From assembly GCA_963783335.1 (NCBI GenBank), contig CAWAND010000010.1, positions 1,125,476 through 1,189,475 of the forward strand: DNA of 64,000 bases, in the 5' to 3' direction. The translations under genes were made by a program, and so were the position numbers. The notes under the pieces were generated by a model that was not told where the DNA came from, made no database searches, and worked only from the letters and a program-made list of their open reading frames with translations. Position 1 is the stretch's first letter. Every line of letters starts with the position of its first letter. Origin of the DNA: an uncultured Chloroflexia bacterium. Lineage in GTDB: Bacteria; Chloroflexota; Anaerolineae; Anaerolineales; E44-bin32. Positions 54,455-62,801 of the stretch are shown here, in pieces.

Positions 54455-55066
54455 TCAGGTCTTCAGCAACGCGTTCAGCTCAGCGATGGCTTGTTCGGGG
54501 CTCTTGAAGTGGATGGCCGCCATCCCAATTTGCCGCGCCGCAAGGATGTTCTCGGCGAAATCGTCGATGAAAACAACGGCTTGGGCGGGAAGCGACCATT
54601 GCTTGAGCAGCATTTGATAGATAGCAGGGTCAGGCTTCGCAAGCGCAACCTCGGCCGAGATCAGAATCGCATCGAAGACGTCATCCAGGTGCCATAGATC
54701 CTCAATAGAACGTCGAATGTCCTTCCAGGCGTTGGTGATGAGGCCAGTCTTGTACTCTGTGCGAAGCTGACGGATCTTCTCAATCAACGCCAGGTCGAGC
54801 TGATCACCGCGCCAGAAGTCGCGCCTTAGGTCAGCTGCCTGTTCTGCAGACAGGTCAAGCCGTCCAGCCAGGTCATCCCAGATGTCTTGGACACTCGCTT
54901 CCCCAACAGTGGCCCGCCGGCTGACGGGGCTGTCAAAGACCATCTTGTCCAGCGAGTCCTGCTCCAGGCCCAGCTTACGTTCCCAGGCCCGCCGGGGCTG
55001 CCGGTCGCCGGTTCGCACGAGGACTCCACCCAGATCCCAGACAACAGCTTGGATAGGTGACATCAT
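54455..55066 (-). CDS. HAD-superfamily hydrolase (subfamily IA-like)
   Basis: Motif I VVWDLGGVL and motif IV FIDDFAENI. GGAGAG SD before ATGATG 55066. Confidence 0.8.
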   Translation of the reverse strand: MMSPIQAVVWDLGGVLVRTGDRQPRRAWERKLGLEQDSLDKMVFDSPVSRRATVGEASVQDIWDDLAGRLDLSAEQAADLRRDFWRGDQLDLALIEKIRQLRTEYKTGLITNAWKDIRRSIEDLWHLDDVFDAILISAEVALAKPDPAIYQMLLKQWSLPAQAVVFIDDFAENILAARQIGMAAIHFKSPEQAIAELNALLKT

Positions 55067-55094
55067 TGTCTCTCCATTTCCGATCCGCGCCCCG

Positions 55095-56108
55095 TCAAGC
55101 CGTTGCGGTGAGCGGCTTTCGAAAGGCGAAGAACTTCCATCGCGTTTCGTAGCCCAAGCCGAGGTAAAGATCCAAGGCGCCGGTCTGGTTGTCTGAGTCC
55201 ACACCCAAAGCGGCCTGGGTCATACCGGCATCCGAGATCACCCGCAGGCTGCGAGCAATCAAGGCCCGGGCCAGACCCCTGCGGCGCCACGGACGTCGGA
55301 CGCAGATGTCCTCCGTGTAGCCGCGAGCGCGATCGTAGCGCTGGTTCTCGTCTTCGTCAATGAAGTTGAGGACCATGCCAGCGATCTCGTCCTTATCCCA
55401 GGCGACCTGCCACAAGTCTGGGTTGGCGTTTGGATCCTTTGTCCACATCCGATAATCGTCATCGGAAGCAGGGCGCGTGCCCCAATGGTCCCGGAAGGCC
55501 TCTTTCATGGCGTCGTAGATGGCTCGGTTGTGTTCGGGCCTGACTGGGCGCACCTCAAGCCCTGAGGGCATCGGAATGTCGGGGATGTGCTCCAGGTCTC
55601 CTCGCACCATACGGTAGAAGGTTCGGGTGGGCTTAAATCCCTGCCGCTCGACCACCGCCCGCAGCGCGTCTTCCTTCTCGCCAAGGGAGACATGCAAGGC
55701 CTTGGGTTCGACGTCCGCGTGTGCGGCGGCAACCTGTTCCAATCGCTCGGTCAACCTGCCGAAGAGGCTGGCTGGCAAGCTGGTCTCCCGGTAGTTGGGA
55801 AGGACATAGATGTCGGCACGATAGACCCGTCCGCCGGCATTCTCATCGTTCCAAGTTGCATCCCCGTAGGCAACCAGTTTCCCGTCCGCCTCGGCCAGGA
55901 AGGTGTCTTGGCCGGGATCGAAATGGGGGGAATGCTCCAAGAAGTTGCGCACTTCGTCGGTGTTCCTGACGACGTCGATCCCATCGGCGGCCATGCTGGT
56001 ATTGAGGACTTCGGCGATCGCCGGCAGGTCGGCCGCCCCGGAATACGGTCGCAGGACAATGCCCAGGTCACTGATCTGCGTGTGATCAGTGGTTGGTTCG
56101 TGTAACAT
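55095..56108 (-). CDS. tandem-GNAT N-acetyltransferase
   Basis: Two GNAT folds. The second carries the acetyl-CoA loop VRRPWRRRGLARALI. GGAG SD. Confidence 0.75.
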   Translation of the reverse strand: MLHEPTTDHTQISDLGIVLRPYSGAADLPAIAEVLNTSMAADGIDVVRNTDEVRNFLEHSPHFDPGQDTFLAEADGKLVAYGDATWNDENAGGRVYRADIYVLPNYRETSLPASLFGRLTERLEQVAAAHADVEPKALHVSLGEKEDALRAVVERQGFKPTRTFYRMVRGDLEHIPDIPMPSGLEVRPVRPEHNRAIYDAMKEAFRDHWGTRPASDDDYRMWTKDPNANPDLWQVAWDKDEIAGMVLNFIDEDENQRYDRARGYTEDICVRRPWRRRGLARALIARSLRVISDAGMTQAALGVDSDNQTGALDLYLGLGYETRWKFFAFRKPLTATA

Positions 56109-56196
56109 AGTGAACTCCTTCGTTTGATGTCCTTTCTGCCGCTCGCTGGCCGAGGGCGGCTGGACCCGTGGGGATGGGCTTGCCGCCGCCCCCGGC

Positions 56197-57012
56197 CTAC
56201 TTGTGCGCAGTGAACATCAGCATACTGACCTGATCAGCCCGGACGGGCTGTGTGAAATCGGAACCAAGGCCGACCACGTCGACCTCGCCGAACCCTGCCC
56301 AGGCGAGCATCATGGCCATCTCGTGGCGTGAGTACCAGCGCTGGCGAACGGTTCGGTATTCCTGGCGAACCAGCTTCCTGCCTTGACAAAGTCTGTAGAC
56401 GCGCTGCTCGGTGTATGTTTGATCCACCGGGTCAAGGCTCAAGAAGCGGCGTTCAGCCACCAGCGATGTGTCGTCGGACGCTTTCAACTGCGTTGGCTGC
56501 GTGCGGGCGCCCCCCAGCAGGCTCTCCGATCCCCCCAGCAGGGAGGCCGGCAGCTCGACGTTGAATGCCAGAGCGCCGCCAGGCCGAAGGTGGTGAAAGA
56601 TGGCGCGCAGGGCCCGGAGCACGCGCCTGCGATCGGTGAGCAGCATCATCGTCCCATAGGGCACCAGGATCGAGCTGTATTCGCGATCGAGATTCATCTG
56701 CTCCATAGGGACGCCGTAGATCGTCAGACGCAACTTGCGTTCCAGCGCCTGCCGGACCAGGTAGGCGCGCATGATGGCGGAAGGTTCAAGGGCGTCGACC
56801 TGGTAGCCATAGCCTATCAGGTCGATCAGCAGACCGCCGGAGGCAGCCCCTACCAAAAGCGTCGGTTCGCCGCAGCGCTCGACCACTGCCCGATAGCCAG
56901 CCTCTGAACGGTCATCTCTTTTCGGACCGTGGTCCTTGAGGGCCCAGTACATCTCCGCCAGGCCCGGCGTACGTGAGGCGCTGGGTAGCGCCCAAGCCTG
57001 ATTGTTCATCAT
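56197..57012 (-). CDS. class I SAM-dependent methyltransferase
   Basis: GGGAGG SD before ATGATG 57012. LLVGAASGGLLIDLIGYGYQVDALEPS matches motif I. Confidence 0.65.
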   Translation of the reverse strand: MMNNQAWALPSASRTPGLAEMYWALKDHGPKRDDRSEAGYRAVVERCGEPTLLVGAASGGLLIDLIGYGYQVDALEPSAIMRAYLVRQALERKLRLTIYGVPMEQMNLDREYSSILVPYGTMMLLTDRRRVLRALRAIFHHLRPGGALAFNVELPASLLGGSESLLGGARTQPTQLKASDDTSLVAERRFLSLDPVDQTYTEQRVYRLCQGRKLVRQEYRTVRQRWYSRHEMAMMLAWAGFGEVDVVGLGSDFTQPVRADQVSMLMFTAHK

Positions 57013-57167
57013 CGATACCTCCCGCTCTCCATCCCCCTGGACTGCTGCCCCGTCTGGACAAAGACCCGCACGGGTGAGTTGCGGCTTCAATACCTGTTGC
57101 ATGTTTTCACCGATCACCTCGTCCCTGCCGTCTACGATTGGTCCGGTCTCCTCCCACATCACCTTGC

Positions 57168-57202
57168 CAGAATCAAATGAGGCTGCGGATCCCGCAGCCT
57201 CA
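57168..57202 (-). terminator. rho-independent terminator (second of a tandem pair)
   Basis: TGAGGCTGCGG-atc-CCGCAGCCTCA with an 11-bp stem. TTTGATTCT follows on the minus strand. Confidence 0.65.
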
Positions 57203-57215
57203 TCTGAGAATCTGA

Positions 57216-57253
57216 CGAAATGAAAACCGCGGGCGTTTGAGAGCGCCCGCGGT
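57216..57253 (-). terminator. rho-independent terminator (first of a tandem pair)
   Basis: ACCGCGGGCG-N8-CGCCCGCGGT. TTTCATTTCG follows on the minus strand. Confidence 0.65.
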
Positions 57254-57275
57254 GCTGGTCGAAAGGACTAGACCG

Positions 57276-57356
57276 TCAGCAGGCGCGCTCCATGAAGGAT
57301 GCAACGGCCAGAACGCCGCTGTCGCCTTCGATTCGGAAACCAATGACCTTTGCCAT
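57276..57356 (-). CDS. candidate 26-aa small ORF (MAKVIGFRIEGDSGVLAVASFMERAC)
   Basis: GAGGTG SD-like sequence ends 4 nt before ATG 57356. Third-position GC about 74 percent, like real genes here. Sits between hom and the tandem terminators. Confidence 0.25.
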   Translation of the reverse strand: MAKVIGFRIEGDSGVLAVASFMERAC

Positions 57357-57415
57357 CATGCACCTCGCTGACCTTGATCCGTACCCGACCACCTTACAAT
57401 TTTTCTTGAGGCGGG

Positions 57416-58486
57416 TCAACCCCCGATTTTCCACCCATTGGGATGGATGCGCCCGAGGTCTCCGGTCGCCGCCCGAATGAAATCAGCCAGCAGACCATAG
57501 GCCGTTGTCTCAGGTCCCGGATCCGACTCAAGCACGGTCAACGGACCAAGGATGTCGGACCAGAATGTGACAGCCGAGGACGTGCCGCCCACCTGATAGA
57601 GTGGGTCATCCCGTGTGACCTGCAATGGCTGAACCGATGCGTGGAGTTGGCCATCGCGTTCCTCCGCCTGACAGACCAGCTTCCAGCGCTTGCTTTGATC
57701 TGCTGCCTGCCGGATCTCATCCTGAGTGATCTGGCGGATGCCACTGCGCTGGACCTGATCGGGGGTCATCGGATGATTCATCAGGACACTGACCAGCGCG
57801 GCGACCTTGACGCTCGCATCCCAGCCATCGATGTCGCCGGAAGGATCGGTCTCGGCGATACCAATGGTCTGCGCGTGTGCCACAGCCTCGTCGAACGATT
57901 TGCCGTCCTCCATCAAACCCAATATCAAGTTGGTGGTGGAGTTGAGCACGCCGCGGAAGCCCCTCAATCTGGCGGCAGGCAGAGTCTCGCGCCAGAGTGA
58001 AAAGATCGGAGCCCCGTCCATAACGGTTGACTCGAACAGGAAGCGCGCGCCCTTCGCCTGTGCCAGGTCCGCCAACTGGCGATAGGCATGGACGACAGGG
58101 CCCTTATTGGCCGTCACAACATGCATGCCAAGGTCCAGCCCGGTTCGGATGTGCTCGACTGCCGGTTGCCCCTTGGCGTAGTCGACCGGTGTGTTCTCGA
58201 ACATCAGGTCGGCGGCAGAGGCACGGAGCAGGGGTATCGGCCCGTCCACCGCCTCCATTCCGGGAATTGCGGTGAGGTCGCCGCCACTTTCAACCTCGAG
58301 ACAGGCGGCTTCCAGGTCGAGCCCATCCGCTGCGAAGACCGTGCCGTGGCTCCCGGTGGCGATGCCGACCGCTCGCCAGGTGAGCGCATAGCGACGTTCG
58401 AGTTCCTCACGCTTTTGGAGCAGAAGGCGGGCCAGGGCGCGGCCGACGTTGCCGAACCCAACCAAGACAAGACGCATTTCTCGCAT
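57416..58486 (-). CDS. hom: homoserine dehydrogenase (no ACT domain)
   Basis: Rossmann motif LVGFGNVGRALARLL and catalytic region VTANKGPV...FLFESTVMDGAPIF. GGAG SD before ATG 58486. Confidence 0.85.
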   Translation of the reverse strand: MREMRLVLVGFGNVGRALARLLLQKREELERRYALTWRAVGIATGSHGTVFAADGLDLEAACLEVESGGDLTAIPGMEAVDGPIPLLRASAADLMFENTPVDYAKGQPAVEHIRTGLDLGMHVVTANKGPVVHAYRQLADLAQAKGARFLFESTVMDGAPIFSLWRETLPAARLRGFRGVLNSTTNLILGLMEDGKSFDEAVAHAQTIGIAETDPSGDIDGWDASVKVAALVSVLMNHPMTPDQVQRSGIRQITQDEIRQAADQSKRWKLVCQAEERDGQLHASVQPLQVTRDDPLYQVGGTSSAVTFWSDILGPLTVLESDPGPETTAYGLLADFIRAATGDLGRIHPNGWKIGG

Positions 58487-58547
58487 GAGCGCCAACTCCG
58501 TTTCGGGATGAGCGCGATCGGCGCCCATCAGCAGACTTGTGGTGCAG

Positions 58548-59279
58548 CTATATCAGTGGCCAGGGGTAGGGCCGGCCGGGACCGGGCAAAGGCATGCAGC
58601 CAGACTCGATGAGCTGCCTCGCACGAAGGTCAAGGGCGTCCAGTTCGTCATCAGACAGCAGCGGCCCGAGCGCTGATCGTGCTGGCCCGTGCTCAAGTGC
58701 CGCCCTGAATTGGACCAGATCGTTCAGTAGGTCCTCGGGAATGGCCTGGCCGGCGAAATCCCAGATCACCGTTCTGAGCTTGGGATGGATGTGGAAACAG
58801 ACCCCGTGGTCGATAAGCCACAGGTGATCACGGGCGTCGAACAGGACGTGGCCACCCTTGCGGTCGGCGTTGTTGATGAGGGCATCGAACAGGGCAGCCG
58901 GCAGAAGCCGTGGCTTGTCTTCTTCGGCCATGGTGAAGTAGTGTCGCTCGGGATCGGTGTCAACAAACAACTGGACGGAGCCAGGTCCGGAAGGGCCGTT
59001 TGTGCGCATGACCGTGGGCGGCACCAGATCCCAACCCAGGTGAGCGCTCACGATGTAGGCTGCCACCTCGCGGGCGGCCAGCGTGCCTTCCGGGAAATCC
59101 CACAGCGGCCGCTCGCCCTGCGATGGTTTGTAGACTGCCCGGCGCTCCTTGCCCAAGCATTGGACTCGCACCAGAAAGGTGAAATTGGACCCATACATGA
59201 ACTGGCCTTCGAGGGCGAGATCGCATTCGGCCAGGTCGTTCAGGATCTCCGAGTCGGATGGGCTGTCGGGCAAGGACAT
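58548..59279 (-). CDS. SCO1664-family protein (PI3/4-kinase-like fold)
   Basis: AVYKPSQGERPLWDFPEGTLAAREVAAY...NNADRKGGHVL...LIDHGVCF is a kinase-like catalytic loop. N-terminus trimmed because the longer ORF overlaps the DUF3090 gene. Confidence 0.7.
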   Translation of the reverse strand: MSLPDSPSDSEILNDLAECDLALEGQFMYGSNFTFLVRVQCLGKERRAVYKPSQGERPLWDFPEGTLAAREVAAYIVSAHLGWDLVPPTVMRTNGPSGPGSVQLFVDTDPERHYFTMAEEDKPRLLPAALFDALINNADRKGGHVLFDARDHLWLIDHGVCFHIHPKLRTVIWDFAGQAIPEDLLNDLVQFRAALEHGPARSALGPLLSDDELDALDLRARQLIESGCMPLPGPGRPYPWPLI

Positions 59280-59325
59280 AAGGAAAGGGCCTGGAAATTG
59301 AGAGTGTTTGCCGGGCTGAGGGGTT

Positions 59326-59853
59326 CTAGTGCTTGTGGCCGTTGCGCTTGGGGCAGAAGTGCCCTTCTGGGTCAATCGGTTGACCACAGTTGCCGCAAAT
59401 GGCACGCCCTCGGCTGGCCACCTCGAGGCCCCACTGGCACATCCGCCGCATCTGCTCCCGCGTGCACCAGAATCGGGCCACACCGGGCTCGTCAACCTGG
59501 CCCTCCTCTGGCTGGATTTCCCGAGCCACCAGAACCATGAGGTCATTCGAATCGTCGTAGCCAAGCCCAAGCTGCCCGACGCGGAACGCAGGATCGATGG
59601 GACGCTGCAGGGCCATGTCCGATTCCTGGAATTCGGCCTCCGCTTCAGACAATTCAGGGACGCGCGCAATCAGTTCATCCAGAAACTGTTCCACGCCGAC
59701 AGCCAGAGACTGGATCTGGGTCTTTTCCACAATCAGAGTGACCAGTTCATCTTCTTTGCTTGCCTGGATGTAGAAAACGCGCTTGCCCGGAGGTCCGATG
59801 GCGCCGGAGGTGATGTGATCTACTGGTCTGAGATTGAATTCCAACGAAGGCAT
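59326..59853 (-). CDS. DUF3090-family protein
   Basis: ITSGAIGPPGKRVFYIQA... and a C-terminal Cys/His cluster (CGNCGQPIDPEGHFCPKRNGHKH). Confidence 0.7.
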   Translation of the reverse strand: MPSLEFNLRPVDHITSGAIGPPGKRVFYIQASKEDELVTLIVEKTQIQSLAVGVEQFLDELIARVPELSEAEAEFQESDMALQRPIDPAFRVGQLGLGYDDSNDLMVLVAREIQPEEGQVDEPGVARFWCTREQMRRMCQWGLEVASRGRAICGNCGQPIDPEGHFCPKRNGHKH

Positions 59854-59923
59854 GAGCGCAACTCAGGAATTGGTTGTCGAAAGAGGTGATGGGCCCTGTC
59901 GGCCCGGTGCTAGAGGAAGTATA

Positions 59924-60547
59924 TCATCGCGCCTCTGCCTGATGCGCAGCGGAGGCGTCATTCAGTTTGACCAGACGGGTGTGAGCGCCATGGATTGCGA
60001 GCACACTGATCGAGCCGGGATCAACCACCAGCCGTTGGAAGAGGTCCAGGGGCAGGCCAACGTAGTGCGCGATGGCGAGTTTGATCATGTCCGAATGGGA
60101 AACTACCGCGATCACCGCCTTCTTGGAGGTGTGGCGGTTGATCAGGGTATCCAGTTCTGCGACGATACGAGCCTGGGCTTCGGCAAAGGATTCCCCGTTG
60201 GGGAAGCGAGCCAACGAGGGGGCGTTCTGAACCCGCTCCCACATCTTGAGCCGCCGGAGCGATTTCAGGCTGCGGCCCTCCCATTTTCCAAGCTTGAGTT
60301 CGCCCAGCCCCGGAAGGACTTGGACCTCCAGGCCTTGGGCCAGGGCGATCGGGGCAGCCGTCTCGGTGGTGCGTTCGAGAGGGCTGGCATAGACGGCCTG
60401 CAGTTTGACCCCTTTGAGAGAAGCTGCAACAGCTTCGGCTTGGGCGCGGCCAACGTCGTTGAGGTGCACGCCCGGCAGCCAGCCGGCCAGTTTGTGCTTG
60501 CCGACAAAGTCGTTCTGTCCATGGCGGATGAGAAGCACGGTGGTCAT
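59924..60547 (-). CDS. histidine-phosphatase (phosphoglycerate-mutase-like) family protein
   Basis: LLIRHGQNDF contains the catalytic RHG motif. VVSHSDMIK contains the second His. Confidence 0.8.
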   Translation of the reverse strand: MTTVLLIRHGQNDFVGKHKLAGWLPGVHLNDVGRAQAEAVAASLKGVKLQAVYASPLERTTETAAPIALAQGLEVQVLPGLGELKLGKWEGRSLKSLRRLKMWERVQNAPSLARFPNGESFAEAQARIVAELDTLINRHTSKKAVIAVVSHSDMIKLAIAHYVGLPLDLFQRLVVDPGSISVLAIHGAHTRLVKLNDASAAHQAEAR

Positions 60548-60557
60548 GGTCGCGGCG

Positions 60558-61985
60558 CTAGGCCTCACCTCCTGATCGGCTCGGCTGTTGTCGTTTGAGT
60601 TTCTGGATCTCTTCTTCGGTGAGTTCGGGGAGATGCTCCTGGCGAGTCACCCCGAGCGCCTTGCGTTGGGCATCCCGCCAGCGCTCCAGGCGGGCTTTCA
60701 CCTGCTCTTCATAGCCCTCGTCAGACGGGTTGTAGAAATAGGTGCCGAGCAGGTCCTTGGGAAGGTACTGTTGGCCAACATGGTGCCCGGGGCGTTCGTG
60801 CGGGTAGACGTAGCCTTTGCCGTGGCCGAGGGCGGCCGCATCCCGGTTGGAATCCCGAAGATGGTCGGGGACGTCGATGATGCCCTTGTCCTCGACCATG
60901 CGATAGGCCTTGAAATAGGCAGCGGCCGTGTTGGATTTGGGGGCCGTGGCCAGGTAGAGCGTGGCCTCGACCAGCGGATAGACGCCCTCCGGCATCCCGA
61001 TGAATTCAAATGACTGCGAGGCGGCTGCCGCCACCACCAAACCCATTGGGTCAGCCAGGCCAATGTCCTCCGAAGCCAGGATCAGGAGCCGGCGCATGAT
61101 GAAGCGCGGCGATTCTCCTGCGTAGAGCATCTTGGCCAGCCAGTACAGCGCCGCATCGGGGTCCGATCCGCGTATGGATTTGATGAAGGCAGAGATCGTG
61201 TCGTAATGGGCGTCGCCGTCTTTGTCGTACAGAATAGCGCGGCGCTGGATGGACTCCTGGGCGACATCGAGGCTGATGGTGACCCGACCGGTCGGGTCGG
61301 GAGGGGTGGTTTCCACCGCCAATTCGAGGGCGTTCAACGCGTTGCGCGCATCCCCACCAGCGACCTGGACCAGGTGCGCCAGGGCGTCGGGATTCAGATC
61401 GACGTCTCGCTGGCCATAACCGCGTTCCCCGTCTTCCAGAGCTTGCTGGATGATGGCTGCTACATCTTCGTCGGAAAGGGCGCGCAGCTGGAAAATGCGC
61501 GATCGGGACACCAACGCGCCGATGACTTCGAAGTATGGGTTTTCCGTCGTGGCGCCGACAAAGGTGATCAGCCCTTGCTCGACGAGGGGCAGTAGGGCAT
61601 CTTGCTGCGCCTTGTTCCACCGGTGCACCTCGTCAACGAACAGAATTGTGCGCGTCTGGTAGAGCTTGCGCCGTTCGCGGGCGGCGGCGATGACCTGGCG
61701 CAGTTCAGCTTTGCCGGCCAAGACGGCCGATATGGTCTCAAAGTGAGACTCGGTGGAGTTGGCGACAATCATCGCCAGGGTGGTTTTCCCGGTGCCCGGG
61801 GGGCCCCACAAAATGATGGATGAAAAGAGGCGATCGGCTTCAATTGCTCGGCGGAGCAGCTTGCCCTCACCGACGATATGTTCCTGCCCGATGAATTCGT
61901 CAAACTGGCGCGGCCGCATCCTGGCGGCGAGGGGCGCCTCCTGGGCGAGTCGGGTGGACATGGCGTGATCGAAAAGGTCGGGCAT
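60558..61985 (-). CDS. rarA: replication-associated recombination protein A (AAA+ ATPase)
   Basis: Walker A GPPGTGKTT, Walker B LFVDEVHRWNK, and MgsA-type C-terminal domain. Confidence 0.92.
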   Translation of the reverse strand: MPDLFDHAMSTRLAQEAPLAARMRPRQFDEFIGQEHIVGEGKLLRRAIEADRLFSSIILWGPPGTGKTTLAMIVANSTESHFETISAVLAGKAELRQVIAAARERRKLYQTRTILFVDEVHRWNKAQQDALLPLVEQGLITFVGATTENPYFEVIGALVSRSRIFQLRALSDEDVAAIIQQALEDGERGYGQRDVDLNPDALAHLVQVAGGDARNALNALELAVETTPPDPTGRVTISLDVAQESIQRRAILYDKDGDAHYDTISAFIKSIRGSDPDAALYWLAKMLYAGESPRFIMRRLLILASEDIGLADPMGLVVAAAASQSFEFIGMPEGVYPLVEATLYLATAPKSNTAAAYFKAYRMVEDKGIIDVPDHLRDSNRDAAALGHGKGYVYPHERPGHHVGQQYLPKDLLGTYFYNPSDEGYEEQVKARLERWRDAQRKALGVTRQEHLPELTEEEIQKLKRQQPSRSGGEA

Positions 61986-61997
61986 GGGTATGCGGCC

Positions 61998-62006
61998 ATT
62001 CTACCA
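61998..62006 (-). promoter_or_regulatory. extended -10 box TGGTAGAAT, 12 nt before the rarA ATG
   Basis: Reverse complement of attctacca. Confidence 0.45.
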
Positions 62007-62060
62007 TCGGGACGATGGGCTTCCAGCGGGCTCATCTACTGCGGGTCGACCGGGTCACTG

Positions 62061-62069
62061 TGTTAGAAT
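62061..62069 (+). promoter_or_regulatory. extended -10 box TGTTAGAAT upstream of maf
   Basis: cacTGTGTTAGAATccc read directly. Lies 59 nt before ATG 62129. Confidence 0.45.
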
Positions 62070-62128
62070 CCCGCCCCAGATATGCCTGCGGCTGATTCGG
62101 CTCAAGGCGAAGGTGGAACTTGGTTTCG

Positions 62129-62801
62129 ATGCTTTCGAAGTTGACGATTGTGTTGGCCTCGGCCTCGCCCAGGCGACGCCAGCTGCTGGCCGAGTTCTGG
62201 GGCTGAGGTGCGCGTTCATCCGGTGGGCGTTTCAGAGCGTGCCCGGCCGGGAGAGACGCCCGAGTCGTTGGTGCAGCGACTGGCAGACGCCAAAGCCGAG
62301 GCAGCCTTGACGTCCGCCCATGACGCCCAGCTTGTGCTGGGCGCCGACACGATTGTCGTGAGGGACGGACGGATCCTCGGCAAGCCAGCCTCGGCTGAAG
62401 ACGCCGAAGCCATGCTTATGAGCCTTGCCGGGCGAACGCACGATGTGCTTACCGGGCTGACCCTGATCGAGCCCGTTTCTGGACGACGTGCTGCCTGCGT
62501 CACCCTTTCTCGGGTTCCCATGCGAGGCTATTCCCCAACGGAGATCCATGACTATGTGGCCACCGGAAGTCCGATGGATAAGGCTGGCGCCTACGGCATA
62601 CAGGATGAGGACATTAACCCGGTCGATTTGGCGGCTTTCGCCGACTGCTACACGAACGTGATGGGCATGCCGCTGTGTCAATTGGGCCAGGCGCTGAGCG
62701 CGCTTGGCTATCGCCCGCCGCGCGACCTGGGGCAGATCTGCCAGTCCTATGGTCGTCACAAGACCGCCCCCTGGCAGGGGGCGGTCCAGGGTGCCGCATG
62801 A
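62129..62801 (+). pseudogene. maf: Maf-like nucleoside-triphosphate pyrophosphatase with a frame disruption in a GGGG run (62199-62202)
   Basis: Frame 2 reads MLSKLTIVLASASPRRRQLLAEFWG then stops at 62204-62206. Frame 0 continues AEVRVHPVGVSE...LGADTIVV... to 62801. Deleting one G gives an uninterrupted Maf. Confidence 0.8.

Noticed and set aside
57292-57480. 62-aa plus-strand ORF
   Set aside because: It overlaps the hom 3' end and the minus-strand small ORF. It has no SD, poor codon bias and no motif.
59280-59669. N-terminal extension of the 373-aa ORF containing the SCO1664-family protein
   Set aside because: It overlaps the DUF3090 gene out of frame and is low-complexity. The family-like sequence starts at MSLPDSPSD (ATG 59279).
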